The notes under the pieces: model-generated
Seen by the model: the letters and a program-made list of their open reading frames with translations, nothing else
The model's database searches: none
Told to the model about the DNA's origin: nothing
In this document: positions 20,995 through 30,618 of the stretch, piece by piece
Layout: each line of letters begins with the position of its first letter
Position numbering within the stretch: the first letter of the stretch is position 1
Position numbers and translations under genes: made by a program
Assembly (NCBI GenBank): GCA_964410585.1
Contig: CAYPFW010000001.1
Coordinates: 224,001 to 288,000 of the forward strand
Reading direction: 5' to 3'
Length of the DNA: 64,000 nucleotides
Source of the DNA: an uncultured archaeon
GTDB lineage: Archaea; Aenigmatarchaeota; Aenigmatarchaeia; QMZP01; JACQNV01

Positions 20995-21207
20995 TATATT
21001 ATAGACTCTATGCTTTTTAAGCATTATATATTCGCCCGGAAGGCTATGATAGGTATTTGCCCTTGTCAGGGACTTCTCCGCCTCTAGATAATCTATGTTG
21101 TTCGACTTTTTCTTCACAGAAAAAGGAAACTAAGATGCTTAATTGAAATTGTTCGGTGTCTTAAATTCACTTGAAGCTATAAAAGATTTATATAGAGTCA
21201 ATAATAA

Positions 21208-21492
21208 GTGATGATTATGGGAATACTAGAATTTAATGAAGGGTGTCATAACATTCCAGGATGTTGGGGTCCAAGAGAAGATTTTTACACATTATTTGGA
21301 ACTGAATTAAGATTTCTTGCAATCCCTATAATAATATCATTGATTCTCGGATTTATCACATTTGGCATTCTTTACTTTTTCAAGAAAAAAGGAAAAATCA
21401 ATCTCCCATTATATGTGATAATCATTATCTCTGTGATAGTTGCTATAATTTTTTTGATGTTATTAGCTCCATTTTTTCAAGTAGTTTATTGA
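21208..21492 (+). CDS. Small 2-TM membrane protein
   Basis: Two hydrophobic helices separated by KKKGK. Confidence 0.65.
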   Translation: MMIMGILEFNEGCHNIPGCWGPREDFYTLFGTELRFLAIPIIISLILGFITFGILYFFKKKGKINLPLYVIIIISVIVAIIFLMLLAPFFQVVY

Positions 21493-22836
21493 TTATTGCA
21501 ATTTTTCCACAGAAAGCAGAAGCTCCCACGTTTTCCCTTTATCAATAGATTTCCATAAGCGAGCCATGTCAGAGTTGATGTATATTGTATCTTTTTCTAT
21601 AGGATCAAAAACTATGTTTGACACTCTGTGATCGTTTGTAATTTCTTCTGGCAATTTCCCAACTGAAATCCAAGTAGCTCCGCCGTCTATGCTTTCATAC
21701 AGGTCATTTGGTTGCGCATATAAGCTCGCGCCTATCAATCTCATTCCTGTTTTGTCTTTTGGATCATATCGCGCAAAATTGACAGGTGAATTTGGATTTT
21801 TCAATGTTTTGCCATCAGTTGAATAATACACAACGTCGATGTTGTCTTTGCTAGCCATTATAAAAAACTTGTTTAAATCTGAAGGCGAAACATCTACATA
21901 GCGGATTCCTATTCCTAGTGTAGAGTCAAGTTTTGTCCACGTCTTGCCGCCATCTTTTGTTTCTAAAAATCCCCACTGTTCATCTGTAGATTTTTTGTCT
22001 ATGTTTGTTCCTGGGGGCAATCCAAGTGTAGCTATACGTAGGTTATTTGGATTATTCTCATTCAAAAATAATCCAGTGACTCTAATGTGTTCATAGAAAC
22101 CAGTGGGAAGTTCTTCCCAAGTTTTCCCACCATCAACCGATTTGTAGGCAATACCTTTTGTTACAAAAATTTTGCCTTTATCTGGACCATCCATTCCTTG
22201 TGGCAAGGCAGCTGTTGTTACATAAATTGTTTCAGGATTTCGCGGATCTGTGACAACACCTTCTGTATAAGCACTCATTTCACTGCTAAACAATTGGTGC
22301 CATGTTTCACCGCCATCCAAACTTTCAGCGAGCCCACCCACACCTTTTCCTACCTTTGATGGTGCTGCACCGCCTGGCAAAAGAATTCTTTGCGGGTTCT
22401 GTGGATCAATATAGAGTGAGAAACTAAGCTGATAACATGGTTGAGTTGGATCATCTGATCTTGGCATGGCCTTTATTCCTTTTCCTGAAAAGGCCCACGT
22501 TTTTCCACCATCTATGGTTTTGTAAAATCCCTTGTATTCAACATTAATGTACATTTCCTTGTTGTTTTTTGGGTTTATTGCAAATGCTTGTTCTGTCCTA
22601 TAATTGTCAAAGCCTAACCGAGGTTGGCAATTTATTGGATACTCATCAACAGCGTCGCTATCTCTTTGAATTTCTTTTTGAGTAATTTGATTTTGTTCTT
22701 CTTTGTTTGAGTTTACATCCTGAATTTGAGTTAAATTTTGAATCTGTTCATCTTTATCAGGATTTTTGCTAGAATCATTTTGCGTGCATCCTGCTATAAA
22801 CACAATCAAAATAAGAGCGAAAATTAACTTTTTCAT
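21493..22836 (-). CDS. Lipoprotein with BNR/Asp-box beta-propeller repeats (sialidase/VPS10/Ycf48-like)
   Basis: IAGC lipobox; repeated (S/T)xDGGxTW Asp-boxes. Confidence 0.85.
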   Translation of the reverse strand: MKKLIFALILIVFIAGCTQNDSSKNPDKDEQIQNLTQIQDVNSNKEEQNQITQKEIQRDSDAVDEYPINCQPRLGFDNYRTEQAFAINPKNNKEMYINVEYKGFYKTIDGGKTWAFSGKGIKAMPRSDDPTQPCYQLSFSLYIDPQNPQRILLPGGAAPSKVGKGVGGLAESLDGGETWHQLFSSEMSAYTEGVVTDPRNPETIYVTTAALPQGMDGPDKGKIFVTKGIAYKSVDGGKTWEELPTGFYEHIRVTGLFLNENNPNNLRIATLGLPPGTNIDKKSTDEQWGFLETKDGGKTWTKLDSTLGIGIRYVDVSPSDLNKFFIMASKDNIDVVYYSTDGKTLKNPNSPVNFARYDPKDKTGMRLIGASLYAQPNDLYESIDGGATWISVGKLPEEITNDHRVSNIVFDPIEKDTIYINSDMARLWKSIDKGKTWELLLSVEKLQ

Positions 22837-22907
22837 ACTATATTATCTTTTGTTATAGATAAATATAGAAAACAAAGAGTTTATACCAAGCCAACGAAAA
22901 TTAAATT

Positions 22908-23435
22908 TCACAACTCAGGCTGAACTTCTTTGACAGCTTGTACAATAATTGGCATATAGGTGCGTATTGGATCAAAGAAATTGGAAAGTCCACCCTGAAA
23001 ACCACCGTCGTGATCGCCATCAAATTCTGAAATTAGCCTAAAATTAAAGTCAAAGTGTTGTTCTCCAATTATATCGCCTATAGCCTTTCTTATCCTAGGA
23101 TCTGCTTCCTGATGTTTATTTGCTTTTCTTAAGGGAATTGTTGCTCCCTCTACAAGCTTTTGAAATGGTATCTCTTCTCCGCGAAAACCTATGTATCCAC
23201 TGTGCCTTACCCACTGCAGTCCATCTTTTGGTGTTTGAACCCACAACTCAAATCTATCTTTGGTCATTTCTGGATGATCTTTTGGTGCAATCTCCAATCT
23301 AACCAAATACAAGCATCTACCATTGTCCACAGGGGCTTCAACAATACTAGATCTTCCTTCTATCCCGTAGGCTGTTTCTATCCTTCCTTCGCCTCTTATA
23401 TAGAAAAGTCTAGATTTGATTTCTTGAACTGCCAT
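22908..23435 (-). CDS. Hypothetical protein
   Basis: 175-codon ORF filling the gap, with a TATA-like tttata upstream. Confidence 0.65.
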   Translation of the reverse strand: MAVQEIKSRLFYIRGEGRIETAYGIEGRSSIVEAPVDNGRCLYLVRLEIAPKDHPEMTKDRFELWVQTPKDGLQWVRHSGYIGFRGEEIPFQKLVEGATIPLRKANKHQEADPRIRKAIGDIIGEQHFDFNFRLISEFDGDHDGGFQGGLSNFFDPIRTYMPIIVQAVKEVQPEL

Positions 23436-23515
23436 AACACTATAAAGAAGGATAGTTTATAAAGCTTTTTATTTTGTGACTAGTTAATAGTTAAATGAAA
23501 TTTATCAACAACAAA

Positions 23516-24712
23516 TTAGACAATATTTTTCAATTTCTCCAAAACCTCAAAACCAATTTCCTCTGATTTTTCAGGGGTTCTAGCTTGAACCAAAAACCAT
23601 CCAAGTGGTTTTGTCCCAATTGGCGATTTTTGGAAATTTTGTCCTGGTTTTCTGTTCAGGACAAATTTTTTGACTTCTTTTATTTGCTTTATCTCATCCA
23701 AATTTATCTTTTTTATTTTTCCGGATTTTTCTGGCCAGATTTCAACTGCTGTACAAGCTTTTTTGAATTTTCTTTCTGTGTTTGGTTTTTGACCCAAACA
23801 AATGTCAAGAGCAAGTTCATCCAAATCTATTCCAGAGGAATATTTCTCCATTTCAGATCTATATCCACCAATCCTTGCTGCCATTTCTAATATTTTAGGG
23901 CCTTCTTTTGTATAGATGAGCTCAGGATGAACAGGAATATTGTCTAAACCCAGAGCTTTGATTCCTTGTGCTGAAACAGAAAGAATTTTTTCCTGATATT
24001 CTTTTGGTAGCCTTGTGGGTGTTGTCCTAGAAATAAGATGAAAACCTTCTCCTCCTAAATCTTGTGTTGAAACAATATCAGCTATCCCTAAATGAACAAC
24101 CTTTCCATTAAAAACAAAAGAAGTTGTTGTGTACTGTTTTCCTTGCAAAAGCTCTTCTGCAAAAATTTCAGATTTTATCCCCAAAGCTTCTCTGAAAAGG
24201 TTTGTTTTCGAATTTTGTATTTTTCCCAAACAAAATTTGTATTTTTTTGAAAGATCTTTTTTGTTTTTTACCAACTGTATATATCTGCTTTTTGCACCTG
24301 TGTTTGGTTTTAACAAAAACGGGAAATCTAATTTTGTTCGGCTAGTTATTTTTTGGTATTTTGGGCAGGGAACAGATTTTTTTTGAAAACAGTTTCTCAT
24401 TCTAATTTTGTCCCTGGCATCTAGGCAAGCTTCCAAAGAGGGTCCCGGAAGGTTTAAACTATCACAAATTGCACCCAAAACAGGTATATAGGGTTCGAAT
24501 CTTGTTATTGCGCCGTCTATTCCAACTTTTTCCAAAAAAGAAAGAATTTTTGAAATTTCAAATGGATCGAAATCCAGGCATTTGTCAAAAATAAGTTTTT
24601 CTTTTTTGCTTGGATTTTTTTTCAGAAGAAAAATTTCATATCCTCTTTTCTTGGCTGGTTCAATGTGATTTATTTTGGACGAGTTATTTCCAATAAATAA
24701 AATTCTTTTCAT
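23516..24712 (-). CDS. ATP-grasp domain protein (L-amino-acid ligase-like)
   Basis: RDKIRMR, FPFLLKP..GAKS, AEELLQG and HPEL...ILEMAARIGG motifs. Confidence 0.88.
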   Translation of the reverse strand: MKRILFIGNNSSKINHIEPAKKRGYEIFLLKKNPSKKEKLIFDKCLDFDPFEISKILSFLEKVGIDGAITRFEPYIPVLGAICDSLNLPGPSLEACLDARDKIRMRNCFQKKSVPCPKYQKITSRTKLDFPFLLKPNTGAKSRYIQLVKNKKDLSKKYKFCLGKIQNSKTNLFREALGIKSEIFAEELLQGKQYTTTSFVFNGKVVHLGIADIVSTQDLGGEGFHLISRTTPTRLPKEYQEKILSVSAQGIKALGLDNIPVHPELIYTKEGPKILEMAARIGGYRSEMEKYSSGIDLDELALDICLGQKPNTERKFKKACTAVEIWPEKSGKIKKINLDEIKQIKEVKKFVLNRKPGQNFQKSPIGTKPLGWFLVQARTPEKSEEIGFEVLEKLKNIV

Positions 24713-24790
24713 AATGTGGAAAAAATATTTTTGTAAATACTTAAATAACTTGAAGACAATATTATATTATCTTTTCATTTAAGAAAGCTT

Positions 24791-24816
24791 ATACCGTTTT
24801 CTTTTGGGTACGGTAT
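24791..24816. promoter_or_regulatory. Inverted repeat ATACCGT-N12-ACGGTAT in the divergent promoter; putative regulator site
   Basis: Perfect 7-bp arms; the reverse complement matches 47885-47903 at 18/19 nt. Confidence 0.5.
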
Positions 24817-24838
24817 TTTTTTGAAAAGAAAGATATAT

Positions 24839-26146
24839 ATGAATGGCGAAAATAAAATCTCACTTCCAAAAAAGAAGTTTTTGTTTGTATCACAAGAAAG
24901 TTTGAGCGGAGATTTAGCTTGGCAAGTGAAAAGGGAAGGGCATGAAGTAAAAATATTTATAAAATCAGATGAAGATAAAGATGTTTACGACGGTTTTTTG
25001 GAAAAGGTTGATGATTGGCAAAAACACAAAGACTGGGCAGATGTTGTTGTCTTTGACGACACAGGTTTTGGAGAAATTGCGGATAAATTTAGAAAAGAAG
25101 GCAAGCTTGTTGTTGGCAGTAGCACTTATACAGATAAATTAGAAGAAAATAGGGAATTTGGGCAACAGGAAATGAAGGCTGTTGGAATGAGCACTTTGCC
25201 AAGTTTTAATTTTACAAACTTTGATGATGCGATTAAATTTCTAAAAGAAAACCCTGGAAGATATGTTTTCAAGCCAAGCGGAAACATCACCTCAGAAAAC
25301 AAAGACCTTCTTTTTATCAGCCGAGAGGAAGATGGAATAGATTTGCTTGAAGTTTTGCTCCACAATAGAAAGGCATGGTCTAAAAAAATTGCTTCTTTCC
25401 AACTTCAGAAATACGCATCTGGTGTTGAGGTTGCAGTTGGCGCTTTTTTTAATGGAAAGGATTTCATAAAACCTGTTTGCATTAATTTTGAGCACAAAAG
25501 ATTGTTTCCTGGGGAAACCGGACCAATGACAGGGGAAATGGGAACAAGCATGTATTTCACAAACGACAATATGATTTTCAGCAGCACGCTTGCGAAAATG
25601 AAAGATAAACTAGCAGAATCAAAATATGTTGGATACATTGACATCAATTGTATTGCAAATGCAAAAGGAATTTATCCATTAGAATATACAGCGAGATTTG
25701 GCTACCCCACGATAAGCATACAAATGGAAGGCATTCAAACACCAATGGGCGAACTGCTTTACAAAATGGCTGCTGGGGAAAATTTTGAGATGAAAGTGAA
25801 AAAAGGATTTATTGTTGGCGTTGTTGTTGCTGTTCCACCATTTCCTTTTGATGACAAGAGGACATTTGCAATATACAAAGACTCTTCTATTCTTTTCAAG
25901 AAACCAACTTTGGATGGGATTCACATGGGCGATGTAAAATTAGTGGAAGACGACTGGCATTTGGCTGGAAATTCTGGATATGCGCTTGTTGTGACTGGTT
26001 CTGGAAATACAATGGACGAAGCAAGAAAGCAGGCTTATAAGAGGATCGAAAACATTATTTTGCAGAACATGTTCTATAGGACTGATATAGGTGTGAGATG
26101 GTTCAAAGACAGCGATCTTTTGCAGACTTGGGGCTACCTATATTGA
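24839..26146 (+). CDS. Phosphoribosylamine--glycine ligase-like (atypical PurD/GARS family ATP-grasp)
   Basis: FEHKRLFPGETGPMTGEMG, LEYTARFGYP and MFYRTDIG resemble PurD; the usual N-terminal GxGGREHA motif is absent. Confidence 0.8.
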   Translation: MNGENKISLPKKKFLFVSQESLSGDLAWQVKREGHEVKIFIKSDEDKDVYDGFLEKVDDWQKHKDWADVVVFDDTGFGEIADKFRKEGKLVVGSSTYTDKLEENREFGQQEMKAVGMSTLPSFNFTNFDDAIKFLKENPGRYVFKPSGNITSENKDLLFISREEDGIDLLEVLLHNRKAWSKKIASFQLQKYASGVEVAVGAFFNGKDFIKPVCINFEHKRLFPGETGPMTGEMGTSMYFTNDNMIFSSTLAKMKDKLAESKYVGYIDINCIANAKGIYPLEYTARFGYPTISIQMEGIQTPMGELLYKMAAGENFEMKVKKGFIVGVVVAVPPFPFDDKRTFAIYKDSSILFKKPTLDGIHMGDVKLVEDDWHLAGNSGYALVVTGSGNTMDEARKQAYKRIENIILQNMFYRTDIGVRWFKDSDLLQTWGYLY

Positions 26147-26177
26147 AACCTTTTAACATAAAAGGTTTATCAAAATA

Positions 26178-26221
26178 GGAGGCTAAAAATTTACTCGACT
26201 CGCAAATTTTTTACGCCTTCC
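26178..26221. repeat. Dispersed imperfect-palindrome element, copy B
   Basis: ggaggctaaaaattt-N11-aaattttttacgccttcc; lies between convergent genes. Confidence 0.65.
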
Positions 26222-26224
26222 AAA

Positions 26225-26983
26225 TTACAGAATTTTTTGACTTTTCTTAACCCAAACTATCCCATAGTGTGCAGACAAAACAACTTTTCCTTTTTGTGTT
26301 TTAGACTCAAAGTAGTCTTCTAATATGGAAACAATTTGCCTTGAATACTCTTTTACTGGCTTGTGAAAGAAGAATTCGCATAAGTCTACTGCTTCTTTGA
26401 CAGAAGGTATTGTAATGGTAGCAGTTACTTTTTCCATTTTTGGAGCTTCGCCTAAATTTTGAATTATTTGAGAGACGTCTTCTATTTTTCCTCTCCTTTC
26501 TTCTTCTCTTCCTGAAATAGATTGCCTAAAGGTTGAAAGCAGTTCTCTGAGATCTCCAGATTCCAAATGGTGGACAATAAACATATAGCCTTCTGGTTTT
26601 GTAAGGGAGAGAAGCTTTTCAATAACTTTGTTCCAATTGTCCATGTGCATGAGAACAAGCGACATCAAAGTCAGGTCGAATTTTCTAGCAAGAATCACGT
26701 ATTCGAATTTTTTGTTGTAAATGTCTAAGAAACTGTTTTTCTTCAGAAGTTTGTCTACTTGGGCCTTTGACTCCTCCACAATTGTTGTTTTTCCAACAAG
26801 CTGGGAAAGTGGGATTGTTATTTCGCCTGTTCCTGCGCCAACGTCTAGAAAAGACCATTCCCTTTTTGGCTTTGCAACTTGGAGAATTTTGTCTAAGATC
26901 AACTGTTTTTCATTTGTGTAGGACAAATATTTTTCCCACTGGTCTGTTTCTGAGTAATTGCCTTTTAGGCTTTGGGTTTGCAT
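26225..26983 (-). CDS. Class I SAM-dependent methyltransferase
   Basis: FLDVGAGTG motif I, FDL..MSLVLMH, LTKPEG. Confidence 0.88.
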   Translation of the reverse strand: MQTQSLKGNYSETDQWEKYLSYTNEKQLILDKILQVAKPKREWSFLDVGAGTGEITIPLSQLVGKTTIVEESKAQVDKLLKKNSFLDIYNKKFEYVILARKFDLTLMSLVLMHMDNWNKVIEKLLSLTKPEGYMFIVHHLESGDLRELLSTFRQSISGREEERRGKIEDVSQIIQNLGEAPKMEKVTATITIPSVKEAVDLCEFFFHKPVKEYSRQIVSILEDYFESKTQKGKVVLSAHYGIVWVKKSQKIL

Positions 26984-27063
26984 TCAACTATTTAGAAAAA
27001 ACACCTTATATTTCTGAAAAATTGTATCTTTCTTTTAGTGCGTCTTTCATCTCATGTTCTTTC

Positions 27064-27864
27064 CTATTCTTTTACTTTCAAAGATTCTGGCATGTCTCTA
27101 AGTCTTCTATATTCTATTTTTAAACCTTGATTGTTTAAGTCAGCTACTACCTCATCAAAAGTTGCTGGAGGCACATTTGCAAATTTGAATGTTGTTGTCA
27201 TATGCCTGATACCAATTGTCCAGTTTAAGTCTCCAAGACTTTGATCAGTTAACTCGTCGATTTTCGGTATTTTAAGAGCTTCCTCACTTGTCCAAAATTC
27301 TGAATACCCTCTCACACCAACAACTCTTTCTGGGAGGATTTCTACGTCAGGCCTTTCCTTTCTTGCAATTACTCTTGTTTGTATATCTGCAATAAAATCC
27401 GTTTCACTTGGAAGTTCTTTTTGGTTTGTATAAGAAGCTAAATCATCATCACCAATTGGGTGTATATGATAAAATCTAACTTTTGATCCCGGAGGAAGGC
27501 CTAAAATAGTGTTCCACATTTTTTCCCTATCGGGTTCTATTCTTTTTCTAGGAATTTCAACAACAACTTTATTTGTTTTAGAATCCCTAAACTGCATCAT
27601 ATATGTTCCTGCATCTTTTCCAATGTCAACAAAATAGGTCCTTCCATTTGGCTCATGTACTTCCATCCAGGCATCTTCATCTGGTGATGTGAGGGCAGCG
27701 TCCATCATTCTTTGGATAGCCACATCTTCTGGTCCAACATAAGTTTTTGAAGATGTGTGGTCCACCCGAAGATTTGAAACAGGATATTCTCTTTGGAAAG
27801 ATGCACAACCTACTAGCTTGAGAGCTAAAAGTGCTGAACCTAAATACAAACCTACCTTTCTCAT
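27064..27864 (-). CDS. Hypothetical lipoprotein with JAB/MPN+-like metal motif
   Basis: LVGC lipobox-like leader; E...YHIHP...LPSETD. Confidence 0.65.
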   Translation of the reverse strand: MRKVGLYLGSALLALKLVGCASFQREYPVSNLRVDHTSSKTYVGPEDVAIQRMMDAALTSPDEDAWMEVHEPNGRTYFVDIGKDAGTYMMQFRDSKTNKVVVEIPRKRIEPDREKMWNTILGLPPGSKVRFYHIHPIGDDDLASYTNQKELPSETDFIADIQTRVIARKERPDVEILPERVVGVRGYSEFWTSEEALKIPKIDELTDQSLGDLNWTIGIRHMTTTFKFANVPPATFDEVVADLNNQGLKIEYRRLRDMPESLKVKE

Positions 27865-27975
27865 GTGACGTAATTGTCGTAGGAGTTTATAAAGCTTTTC
27901 TTATTTGTTACTTTAGGATAGTAAATTGAATAACCTTTATAAACCCCTAAGCTATAGAATAATTAGGTGATTTTT

Positions 27976-28134
27976 ATGTGGAAGGAAATACCATTTTGGA
28001 AAAAGGCACTTTGGGCTAGTATTTTAATAGGCGGAATTGAAGAGTGCCAAAAGGAAGATAGATATAGATTAGATCCTAACAACGGTGCTATTATAGATAC
28101 ACAATACAAACCAAATCCAGTTTATAGGAAGTAA
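27976..28134 (+). CDS. Small 52-aa protein (not in the ORF track)
   Basis: MWKEIPFWKKALWASILIGGIEECQKEDRY...YRK*; AGGTGA SD at 27965 and a TTTATAAA box at ~27936. Confidence 0.55.
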   Translation: MWKEIPFWKKALWASILIGGIEECQKEDRYRLDPNNGAIIDTQYKPNPVYRK

Positions 28135-28208
28135 TAGAAGCAAGTTTTCAGTTTCTGAATTTTTACAGAAATTGAATAAACAGGCTTGCATTTAAAGGTG
28201 AGATAGAT

Positions 28209-28652
28209 ATGACAAATAGATTTTCAGGGATTAGAGGAGCTTTGGGTGCATTAGTAGTGTACACATCAGGTTTTTTAGGCGGATGTACTTCGCCACAAGT
28301 TGTTTCAGAGACGCCTAGACCAACACAACCGCCTGCACAAACAATACAAAGAAACCCTTTGCCGAAATATAATTTTGAGATTGCAGACAGATATACAAGA
28401 ATGAATTTATCGTACAGAAAATCTGAAAATGGAAGAAGCAAAACATTTGATGCAGAAATGTTTGATACAGATTCAAACCCAAAAACAGTGGAACAAGCTG
28501 TTGTAACAAGTAGAGAGGGACATGATTCTAACACAGTGATGTTTGTTAGACAAGGAGCAAAGGTTGCAACAACACCTGGATACAGAACAGAAGTCAGGAT
28601 AATGACACCAGAAGATGAACAGCGTTTTGATAGATTGTTTGGTGGGGATTGA
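28209..28652 (+). CDS. Hypothetical lipoprotein
   Basis: AGGTGA SD; LGGC lipobox followed by a Pro-rich linker. Confidence 0.75.
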   Translation: MTNRFSGIRGALGALVVYTSGFLGGCTSPQVVSETPRPTQPPAQTIQRNPLPKYNFEIADRYTRMNLSYRKSENGRSKTFDAEMFDTDSNPKTVEQAVVTSREGHDSNTVMFVRQGAKVATTPGYRTEVRIMTPEDEQRFDRLFGGD

Positions 28653-28653
28653 T

Positions 28654-29232
28654 ATGAATAAAGTAAGCGAAACTTTAACTAGAGTATTTTTGAGTGCAGC
28701 TTTGGCAACTGGTGGATGTACTTTGCCAGAAACACAAATACAGCAACCAAATCAACCGAGGCCAACTAGAAATGCAGGTCCTGGATATTTGGGGAATTTT
28801 GAAAGGACAATACCTCCAGATGATGGACAAGAATATTCAAGTTCAGATATTCCAAGCGGATGGAAAATATATGAAAGAAGGTCAACAAGACCAGAGGGTC
28901 ATGTAGATGAAAAGAGAGGAATCTATATTGAGGATGGAACACTTTACATTGTTGGACAAAGCAGGTTGTGGGATCCCAACAGCGAATCAAGCGCAATAGA
29001 TGATGCAAACAGGGACGCAGAAAGAAAATTTGGTGAATTGGTTTTAGATTCAGATGGTGATGGAAGTTTTTCAGGGTTCATATCAGGGCTTTATAGTGAA
29101 GCAATAGAATCCGTCATAGTTAAGAGAGGAGGCGAAGTTGCTTTGGTTGTTGAAACAAGAAACTCAATTCCTTTGCAAGGCTTGCCAAGAGATACAAGAA
29201 GAAGAATAGAAAGCAGATATAGTGGAAGGTAA
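28654..29232 (+). CDS. Hypothetical lipoprotein
   Basis: ATG just after the upstream stop; ATGGC lipobox-like peptide, Pro-rich linker, DSDGDG loop. Confidence 0.75.
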   Translation: MNKVSETLTRVFLSAALATGGCTLPETQIQQPNQPRPTRNAGPGYLGNFERTIPPDDGQEYSSSDIPSGWKIYERRSTRPEGHVDEKRGIYIEDGTLYIVGQSRLWDPNSESSAIDDANRDAERKFGELVLDSDGDGSFSGFISGLYSEAIESVIVKRGGEVALVVETRNSIPLQGLPRDTRRRIESRYSGR

Positions 29233-29234
29233 AC

Positions 29235-30605
29235 ATGGAATACGCTTCAAGAGATTCAGAAAGCTGGGAACATCCAGACATCAAAAGATTTAGGGATGTT
29301 TTTTCTGATGGATTCATGCATACTGTTGTTCCTATTTTTGTTGGTGATAATAGTTATTTTGTAATAGAAAGATGGGAACACAAAAATGAACAGGTTGATG
29401 TTCTAGAAGCTATTGGTTTTGAAAATACTTTGGGTACAGCAACTGCAACAGAGGAAGATAAAAGGTGCTATCAGGCAGATCAAAGCAAAAATCCTGCATC
29501 TGTTAAGAGAAATCTTCAAGGCGCAGTTGAGGGGCTTAGAAAATTAGCCAGTACAAGCAGTGGAAGGCTGAAGTATGTTGCAGAGGGCCTTATTGGATAT
29601 TATGAAAGGGATGCAAGACCTTTATTAGATAATCTTGAAGATGTTTTAGAAATCCATAGAAGGGCGACCTATATTTTGGATGACCTTCAGAAAGCCAAAT
29701 CAGCAAAAGAATACGGGGATTTGAAAGAAGAACTTAATTCACTTGTACAAAGTGCATATGGAACACCGTGCTGGTCTTATTTTTGGAATGCTGTTCAACA
29801 CCACAATCTTTGGATTGATGGAAAAACTTCCCAACTTCAGGCAGATTTGGGTTTGATAAGATTGGCTCCACAGACACCGGAATATAGACAAGCAATGGAC
29901 AGGCTTGCACAGCTAGCTTTTATGGCAACAAACAGGATATGTTGGAGAAAAAAAGAGCCACAAGATGATATACTGAATTATGATAGGATGTTTGAAAAAG
30001 AGCAAGGAACAATTGGAGATCCAACAGACAGAAGCCCTATTCCAGAAGACTTTTCTATGATTCCAGATATGTTAGTTGGTGGAGACGGTTTTATTTTAGA
30101 AAGGGTTCAGGAGAGAAAAGTTCTAAGGGACAAATGGTTTTGGGAATTTGACGCACTTGCACGAAGGTTTGAAAATCCGCTGGAAGTTGTCCAAGAATCT
30201 ATAAGATACTTAGAAAGGGCAACAGATGTGATGTTGAAGGTTCGACCTGGAACAGTCTATGCTTTTGATGGAAAAACATGTTTGTGGTTTTATGCAACAG
30301 ATGCACTGCATACAGCAGATCCTATACAAGCATTCAAAAGGAGAACGGCAAAGATAGACAAAGATACAATTATGCCAGAATCTCTTTTGGGTGAAGTTGA
30401 TTGGAATGGTATGACTTTTACAGAAGCATTTGGTGAGGAGCCATTTAGGACTATGAGAGAAGAAACAGAAAGAGCACACAACAAAAGGCATTATTTTGAT
30501 CTTGGTGGAGAAATGAGCGATTTTGTTTTTAACCATGAACAGCCCCAACAAGAACCAGCTCCAAAAAAATGGAATCCATTTGGGTGGTTGAAAATCAGAA
30601 GATGA
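29235..30605 (+). CDS. Hypothetical cytoplasmic protein
   Basis: 456-codon ORF within the operon; amphipathic C-terminus KKWNPFGWLKIRR. Confidence 0.75.
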   Translation: MEYASRDSESWEHPDIKRFRDVFSDGFMHTVVPIFVGDNSYFVIERWEHKNEQVDVLEAIGFENTLGTATATEEDKRCYQADQSKNPASVKRNLQGAVEGLRKLASTSSGRLKYVAEGLIGYYERDARPLLDNLEDVLEIHRRATYILDDLQKAKSAKEYGDLKEELNSLVQSAYGTPCWSYFWNAVQHHNLWIDGKTSQLQADLGLIRLAPQTPEYRQAMDRLAQLAFMATNRICWRKKEPQDDILNYDRMFEKEQGTIGDPTDRSPIPEDFSMIPDMLVGGDGFILERVQERKVLRDKWFWEFDALARRFENPLEVVQESIRYLERATDVMLKVRPGTVYAFDGKTCLWFYATDALHTADPIQAFKRRTAKIDKDTIMPESLLGEVDWNGMTFTEAFGEEPFRTMREETERAHNKRHYFDLGGEMSDFVFNHEQPQQEPAPKKWNPFGWLKIRR

Positions 30606-30618
30606 TGGAGAGAAGCAT

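Noticed and set aside
21034-21110. tRNA-like start GCCCGGA and a GTTCGA
   Set aside because: No acceptor-stem pairing, T-stem or anticodon arm can be formed.
24839-26146. Assigning the symbol purD
   Set aside because: The N-terminal signature is missing and there is no purine operon context.
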